From IMG/VR virus record IMGVR_UViG_3300042384_001469: DNA of 64,000 nt. One strand, written 5' to 3'. The position numbers and the translations under genes are program-made. The stretch is from an uncultured virus (IMG/VR IMGVR_UViG_3300042384_001469). Lineage: Duplodnaviria > Heunggongvirae > Uroviricota > Caudoviricetes. Positions 58,699 to 64,000 of this stretch are shown here, in pieces. How positions within the stretch are numbered: the first letter of the stretch is position 1; every line of letters starts with the position of its first letter. The notes beneath the pieces were generated by a model. The model saw only the letters and a program-made list of their open reading frames with translations, was not told where the DNA came from and did not search any database.

Positions 58699-59438
58699 TA
58701 GAATCTAACGTGAAAATCTCCAAGTTTAGTGTAGAACGAAAAACAATTTTGAATGAAGTGATTTAAAACTCCTTCATATTGGTATTTCATGTCAGCTTCT
58801 AATGCTGAAATTCCAATTTCAAAACCATCAGGATAATTTCTAATGTCATTAGCGATACTATACCATAAAAATTGTTCCCATCTTTGTACAAAAAATTTAA
58901 ATTTTGAATTGTTCCTAAAAACTAAAAATTGTTCGTTAACCACATGAGCCTCATCCCATTTATTATGGTCAAAAACATCGTAATCAAAAAGTTTATCTCT
59001 AAAAAAACTTTCATTTGGATTTAACTTGTGAGGACCAATTGGTGCGGGTCTTTCAAACAAAAAATCAACATTATTTTGTTCCATATGGTCAAGCATGTTT
59101 AATATTTTTTGTTCATCAAATCCATCATGCATTCTCCAATCACCATCAGTAAAAATAATATAATCGGGACTATTTCCAGTTTCTTTCTGATGTTCTAGTA
59201 TATGTTTTAAAGATAAAACTTTTAAATTTAAATTAAAATTAAATCCTCCCCTTGAATCATATAATGGTGGGTTAACAATTTTTGTGTGAATTCTGTCACC
59301 TTGATTTCTTAATTGTTCATTATTTGTTGTGATAAAAAACTCACATTCTTTAGTTTTTTCACGTAACTCTTTATAAAACTCAGGAGTGATAGTTTCATAA
59401 GGTTCGTTGATTGCTAGTGTTGTAAAACAGTATCTCAT
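58698..59438 (-). CDS. GT-A fold nucleotide-sugar glycosyltransferase, family uncertain
   Basis: FTTLAI..Y, FFITT, FNFNLKV, IIFTDGD (DxD motif). Confidence 0.5.
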   Translation of the reverse strand: MRYCFTTLAINEPYETITPEFYKELREKTKECEFFITTNNEQLRNQGDRIHTKIVNPPLYDSRGGFNFNLNLKVLSLKHILEHQKETGNSPDYIIFTDGDWRMHDGFDEQKILNMLDHMEQNNVDFLFERPAPIGPHKLNPNESFFRDKLFDYDVFDHNKWDEAHVVNEQFLVFRNNSKFKFFVQRWEQFLWYSIANDIRNYPDGFEIGISALEADMKYQYEGVLNHFIQNCFSFYTKLGDFHVRF

Positions 59439-59440
59439 AT

Positions 59441-60118
59441 TTATAAATTTAAATCATTTAAATATTGCAGGCATTGCTCCCCGCTTGGTTTAGTTGGGTT
59501 ATCGTATTCATCTAACTGAATTCCAATAAAAAAATTTTTATTATCTCTACGTATATAGGTCTCAGGTTTGTCATACCCACAGTAAAAAATATTATCATCT
59601 GAAATTTTTGACATATATTCATGTAAAATTTCTTGGTCAGTCCCCCATCTCAAATCAGAACTACTAATAAAACTATTAAAATGGTCCTCAAAATCAGTAA
59701 TTTTTCGTATTATACCAAATAAACCACTAGGTACTGGAGAATGCCACGGGTGGTCTCTTATTATAAAATAATCTTTATTAGATTGTACCCATCTATTGAT
59801 ATATTCCACTTCTCGTTCAGAAAGTCTACTATCTAAATCTCTAGATATTGTAATCCCGTCATCAAAAAAAGAAATAAATCTCCAAAAAAATGGGTAATCT
59901 TTTGGAGGACGATTACCAAATGAAAAAGACGACACGTCAATCATTTTTGCCCCCATATTTGATAATTTATCAATATATTCGTTACGAATCATTTCAGGAT
60001 GGTAATAAATCACCGTTTCCCAATCAGGTAATAACTTTTGATTGATTAAAATATTTTTCTCAGCACCTGTGTAATATTTGTAGTCTAATCCAAATAAACT
60101 GTAAGAAATTGATTTCAT
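59441..60118 (-). CDS. Uncharacterised GT-A-like protein
   Basis: ISYSLFG...Y..GA..N, WRF, SRDLDSR (DxD), IRDHPWH, GLFG, DQ.IL. Confidence 0.55.
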   Translation of the reverse strand: MKSISYSLFGLDYKYYTGAEKNILINQKLLPDWETVIYYHPEMIRNEYIDKLSNMGAKMIDVSSFSFGNRPPKDYPFFWRFISFFDDGITISRDLDSRLSEREVEYINRWVQSNKDYFIIRDHPWHSPVPSGLFGIIRKITDFEDHFNSFISSSDLRWGTDQEILHEYMSKISDDNIFYCGYDKPETYIRRDNKNFFIGIQLDEYDNPTKPSGEQCLQYLNDLNL

Positions 60119-60119
60119 A

Positions 60120-61109
60120 TTAAATAATTTTACTAAAAAAATCTAAAATGTAATCCTCATCGAAATAAATTGGTAATTTATTTTCATTAAAAATAGGAGA
60201 TTCAAAATAAGATTTTAATTTATTATTATCAGAATATATTGTATTTAATTCATCGACTAATTCATCAAAATTTTTAAATTTGTGAGCATTGATAAATGAC
60301 TCAGGATTAAATCCTTCTTCTTCAATGTATTGGTTACCATAAAATATTGGAATTGAATTAGAAGCGAATGCATGTATTATTTTTTCTTGAGTTAGATAAT
60401 CCGTATTAGTATATTGAAAAGCCATGTTGAATGTACAGTCTGAGAAAAAATTAATTTTATCCCTATAGGTTAACCCGTCAATTTTTCCCATATAATCTTT
60501 ATTGGAATAGTTATGATATTTGTGAGGATTTAAGGTTTCTGAATCAGGTATTGTTTGTCGATACGGACCTGAACTTTTAATATAATGATACTTTTCCACA
60601 ATATTAAAAAATTGGTCTCTATCGGGATTAAAACTTGCTTGAACTAAACTACAAAAATGTTTTTTTATTAGTTTAATATCTTCGTATTTTTTTGGTTTGG
60701 TTAACCAACCAAAATTACTTTCAAATAGACCTCCTTCATTATGGAGTACATGCGCGTCTAAAACATATGTTGGGAACCTTAAATATCTGTCATGGTCATG
60801 GTGTTCATATCCTAAAGCGTAATAGTTTTCCCCTTTATTTAAATGAGATAAGAAATCAGGTCTTGCCTCACCACTTATGAATATTTTTTTTACGTTATCA
60901 TTGTATTCATGAATACCTTTAACAATTTCGTTAGTGTAAAAATCTAATTCGTTTTCTCTGTAAAATTGGTTAGTATAAATAACCAAATCAGGATTTTTAG
61001 AATCTATTATTACATTATATTTTTTGGATAATATTTCATAAAAGAAATTCATCCATGAAAAATTCCCCACACCTGGAAAATTAGCTCTACTTATTCTTAT
61101 AGTCTTCAT
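60120..61109 (-). CDS. Alpha-1,3/4-fucosyltransferase-like (GT10)
   Basis: KIFISGE, RYLRFP, FCS, FNMAFQ...DYLTQEKIIHAFASNSIPIFYG, FNPESFIN as in Helicobacter-type GT10. Confidence 0.82.
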   Translation of the reverse strand: MKTIRISRANFPGVGNFSWMNFFYEILSKKYNVIIDSKNPDLVIYTNQFYRENELDFYTNEIVKGIHEYNDNVKKIFISGEARPDFLSHLNKGENYYALGYEHHDHDRYLRFPTYVLDAHVLHNEGGLFESNFGWLTKPKKYEDIKLIKKHFCSLVQASFNPDRDQFFNIVEKYHYIKSSGPYRQTIPDSETLNPHKYHNYSNKDYMGKIDGLTYRDKINFFSDCTFNMAFQYTNTDYLTQEKIIHAFASNSIPIFYGNQYIEEEGFNPESFINAHKFKNFDELVDELNTIYSDNNKLKSYFESPIFNENKLPIYFDEDYILDFFSKII

Positions 61110-61948
61110 TTTTTATAAATGTCATCAATTTTAATGTGAACATATCGGTCTTCATCATCAACTTTTAAATTAACATGAGTTCCAAAATTTTTATTGTTTG
61201 AATTTGGCCCATCGTTAGTGACCGGCCAATATATTTTACTCGCATTTGATAAGAAACATACCCAAAATGAAAATGTACCTTGACAAGCAATTATTTTATT
61301 AAATGATGTTAGTTCTTTAAACACATCTAAAATTGAACCCTCAATATATTTTGGATTATAAATTTGTAATTTATCTAAAATACTTTTATGGTTATAGACA
61401 TGGTCAAAAGAAACGTATAAATTTTTAAAATTTTCTTTTTCCAAAATGTTAAGGTAATATTCATCAGGCAATACAAATCTACCATCGTCTCTACTATTTC
61501 TTAACATCAAAACCAAATCGTCATCATTTCTTTTTGGTAATACTATTTCTGAAAGAAAATTTCTAACTTTTTCTTTGTACGGTTTAATATAATCGTACTT
61601 AGAAAAATAGGAGGCGGAAATAATTTTATGTCCCCGACAATGGTCTACCATTTTTTCGACAGTATTCAATGTTAATACATCAGTGTCCCCAATTGAGATG
61701 ACTGGACCTTCAATTGACTCTTTTCCGGTAATGGATTTAAATGGGAATACTTGCTCAACATATTGACCAACACTTAATTCTTCTCTACGTATTAATGAAT
61801 TATCAGGAACAATTAAATCATAATTTAATTCATCGGCAATAAGTCTACTAACAGAATAAATAAATAATTTATTTCCTAAGTTTTTTCTGTAACTAGAAAA
61901 GTGACCTCCTTTCAATCCTTCACAGTAACCATCAAAAATTTCAACCAT
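61106..61948 (-). CDS. Alpha-1,2-fucosyltransferase-like (GT11)
   Basis: LGNKLFIY, LP.EYY, LYVSFD, IIACQGTFSFW. Confidence 0.68.
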   Translation of the reverse strand: MVEIFDGYCEGLKGGHFSSYRKNLGNKLFIYSVSRLIADELNYDLIVPDNSLIRREELSVGQYVEQVFPFKSITGKESIEGPVISIGDTDVLTLNTVEKMVDHCRGHKIISASYFSKYDYIKPYKEKVRNFLSEIVLPKRNDDDLVLMLRNSRDDGRFVLPDEYYLNILEKENFKNLYVSFDHVYNHKSILDKLQIYNPKYIEGSILDVFKELTSFNKIIACQGTFSFWVCFLSNASKIYWPVTNDGPNSNNKNFGTHVNLKVDDEDRYVHIKIDDIYKK

Positions 61949-61950
61949 AA

Positions 61951-63195
61951 TTATAAATTACCTGTTATTCTTTCACCCCATCCTTTTGATTCTGAATATG
62001 GCCAAACAACCCAATATGTTGGTTTTTTAGTCATATTAAATTCTCTCCAAATTTTTATATAACCATCAGGGTCATCCATCATTCTTGCAATTTCAGATTT
62101 ATCGGCATCTTTTCTAAAAAGTGTTTCATCTGTTTCATCATGAAATGCAACAACCCAAAATTCATAATCTTTTTCAGGTACTTGAGAATATTGTAAATCA
62201 ATACAATGTTTAAAAATCGATGAGAATGAATTCATCCATTCTTCTTCAGAATTAAAATTATAAGGATTTGGTGGGTAATGTTTATCTATTGTCCATTGTT
62301 GGATTGCTCTTTTGGAAAAAAGTAACCCTGAATATTTTTCATAGTCTTTTAATGTCCTTTGTTTACCAAATCCATATTTTCCATGGTTCATTGGTTCTTC
62401 ACCATCCATTCCAAATAGACTTCTATTTTTTTTGTGACAATAATCATTTTTACTTACCCAATCTTTATCATCATCCCATTGTTTAGTTCTTCCCTTTCTG
62501 GTATATTCGTGCCAAATAAGAATTTTATGTATATGAAATAAATCATAACCATGTGTGTACGCTCTAGCTGCAATTGATATCTCCTCACCATGAAAATAAA
62601 ATTCAGGGTCATGTTGTACTTCTTTGGAAAATTTACCTAATGTGAAACAATAATGTGCTGAGTAAAATCTTGCAGGAACTGGTTCTGTCATACTTTGCCA
62701 TCCAGGGATTACTTCAGGTAGGAAAAATACCGCCCCTTCAGGTATGAATCTATCAAAAACCATTCTCCAAGGTTCCATAACTCTAGAGTTTGGGTCATCG
62801 TCAGGGTCAAAAGATGGAACATATCCTGTTAATAAAGGTTTTTTATGTCCTTTTTTCTGTAACTTTTTAATGATATCAATCATTTCAACATCCCAATTTT
62901 CAGCGAATCTCATGTGAGAATCAATTTGTAATGTGTATTCTTCTTTTTGATAAAGTTGTTGTATTTGATTTCTAGCCCAACAAGCCCCTTTAGATTCTTC
63001 ACATGGAATATCTAAAATTCTAAATCTGTCATCACCTCTATATTCATCCAAATTATCAAATCCATCTTCAATATGAAATTGTCTGGCAATTCCGAATATT
63101 AAATTTTCAGGATGTTTGGCATTATCTAATGCGGATTTAATAGTTGGTATTAATTGTGGGTCTCTATAAGACGCGACTTGGATAAAAATTTTCAT
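61951..63195 (-). CDS. GT60 polypeptide alpha-GlcNAc transferase-like (Skp1 Gnt1 / trypanosome OGNT family)
   Basis: IFIQVASYRDPQL..TI, SKGACWAR, LQIDSHMRF..NWD, LLTGY, FYFHGEE...AR.YTHGYD, WHEY.R. Confidence 0.82.
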   Translation of the reverse strand: MKIFIQVASYRDPQLIPTIKSALDNAKHPENLIFGIARQFHIEDGFDNLDEYRGDDRFRILDIPCEESKGACWARNQIQQLYQKEEYTLQIDSHMRFAENWDVEMIDIIKKLQKKGHKKPLLTGYVPSFDPDDDPNSRVMEPWRMVFDRFIPEGAVFFLPEVIPGWQSMTEPVPARFYSAHYCFTLGKFSKEVQHDPEFYFHGEEISIAARAYTHGYDLFHIHKILIWHEYTRKGRTKQWDDDKDWVSKNDYCHKKNRSLFGMDGEEPMNHGKYGFGKQRTLKDYEKYSGLLFSKRAIQQWTIDKHYPPNPYNFNSEEEWMNSFSSIFKHCIDLQYSQVPEKDYEFWVVAFHDETDETLFRKDADKSEIARMMDDPDGYIKIWREFNMTKKPTYWVVWPYSESKGWGERITGNL

Positions 63196-63231
63196 TATTA
63201 GTATTTTTAACCAAAAAATATAAAAATAAAA

Positions 63232-64000
63232 TTAGGTGTAAAGGAATGTTTGGTCTAATTCAATAATATAAAAATAAAAATTATTACCACAACAATTAGG
63301 TACTGACAAAGTATTCATGATGTATGGGAAAGTTTCATTTTCAACAACCACATATCTTGGTTCTCCTGAATCTTTATAATAGTAAAGATTAAATGTCATT
63401 CCTGAAAACTCATCAGATGAAAATATAATATCAGTACCTGAACTAACTCCAATTATATCATTTATTACACCATCAGAACAACTTGGGCATTTGTAATCAA
63501 ACAACTCAAAATTACCTTTCAGTATATCAAAATTATGAACAACTTCGGGGTATGTTAAAGGTTCGGTATACATTCTAAATTGTGAAATTGCTCCGTCAAA
63601 TGAACCTGCAAAATTAGGTTCAATAAAAATATTTGTGGTTAACGCTGATAAGGATGTCCCCGATAATGTTTCGTTTGGCATACATTCAGGGTCTTGTTGA
63701 TACGTTAATCCAGACAATGAAGTCGGACATTCTCTAAAAGTTAAACTTTCTCTTAATCCTTGTGTACCTCCACCCCATCCGATATTGAAGGGAACCCCTA
63801 TTTGTTTTTCTTTTTCAGTATTTAATCCTCTTGGGATTACTTCTTCAAATCCGTTAATAACGTAGAATAATCTACCATTTATGTATATCTTCAAAGAACC
63901 TAATCTTTGGTCCTTTTCAATCAACCATTCCTCATTTAGATTAACTACTTCAATTTGGTCTGCAGGAGTCTCTCCTGAATGTGTGTACGGTATTGTAATT
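63232..64000 (-). CDS. C-terminal part of a LamG/concanavalin-like virion protein (5' end lies outside the window)
   Basis: Frame is open beyond the track's TTG to the window end. LKIYING...IGWGG...FDGAISQFRMYTEPLT..EV is a LamG-like pattern. Confidence 0.6.
   Translation of the reverse strand, partial: ITIPYTHSGETPADQIEVVNLNEEWLIEKDQRLGSLKIYINGRLFYVINGFEEVIPRGLNTEKEKQIGVPFNIGWGGGTQGLRESLTFRECPTSLSGLTYQQDPECMPNETLSGTSLSALTTNIFIEPNFAGSFDGAISQFRMYTEPLTYPEVVHNFDILKGNFELFDYKCPSCSDGVINDIIGVSSGTDIIFSSDEFSGMTFNLYYYKDSGEPRYVVVENETFPYIMNTLSVPNCCGNNFYFYIIELDQTFLYT

Noticed and set aside
4982..62486. Short nested or antisense ORFs in the track (e.g. 7286-7609, 19489-19827, 38805-39104, 49865-50167, 54220-54450)
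   Set aside because: They lie almost entirely within well-supported genes and show no motifs or expression signals; they are shadow ORFs.
1..64000. Stop-codon reassignment, common in some large phages
   Set aside because: Long genes are intact in code 11, and TGA (e.g. 6724, 50207) and TAG (40279) end genes at sensible positions.
1..64000. Eukaryotic giant virus (PolB, eukaryote-like RNR, SNF2, GT60) or a bacterial contractile injection system
   Set aside because: Sheath, tube, baseplate and neck genes with T4-like replication genes, intrinsic terminators and coupled operons indicate a tailed phage.
1..64000. tRNA, rRNA or other structured RNA genes
   Set aside because: Intergenic gaps are short and accounted for by promoters and terminators; no cloverleaf or T-loop signature was recognised.

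Overview
AT-rich, gene-dense segment of a large (jumbo-type) myovirus genome, read in the standard genetic code with almost all genes on the minus strand. It holds (i) a contractile-tail and neck module: baseplate wedge gp6/gp7/gp25/gp53-like proteins, giant hub-type proteins, tape measure, tail assembly chaperone, tube, sheath, tail completion and neck proteins. Interleaved with it is (ii) a replication and recombination module: class Ia NrdAB, DnaB-like helicase, 5'-3' exonuclease, RecA/UvsX, SSB, SNF2 helicase and family-B DNA polymerase. It also has (iii) accessory enzymes (Mn-type SOD, flavodoxin-fold protein, HAD phosphatase) and (iv) an 8-gene glycosyltransferase operon beside a mucin-like Thr/Pro-repeat protein. 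The best candidate for a new system is a phage-encoded mucin-type O-glycosylation pathway: a GT60 initiating enzyme, three fucosyltransferase-like enzymes, HtrL/YibB and GT-A proteins, and a probable virion substrate next door. Other notable signals are a hidden +1 frameshift (GGAG UUU UUU CGG) giving the long tail chaperone, a TATTTAT late-gene motif implying leaderless mRNAs, putative capsid-targeting propeptides on the redox enzymes, an OmpA-like domain inside a baseplate protein, an unannotated ribbon-helix-helix gene, and a T4 gene 43-like operator hairpin before the polymerase. All functional calls come from motif recognition by eye; no database searches were run.
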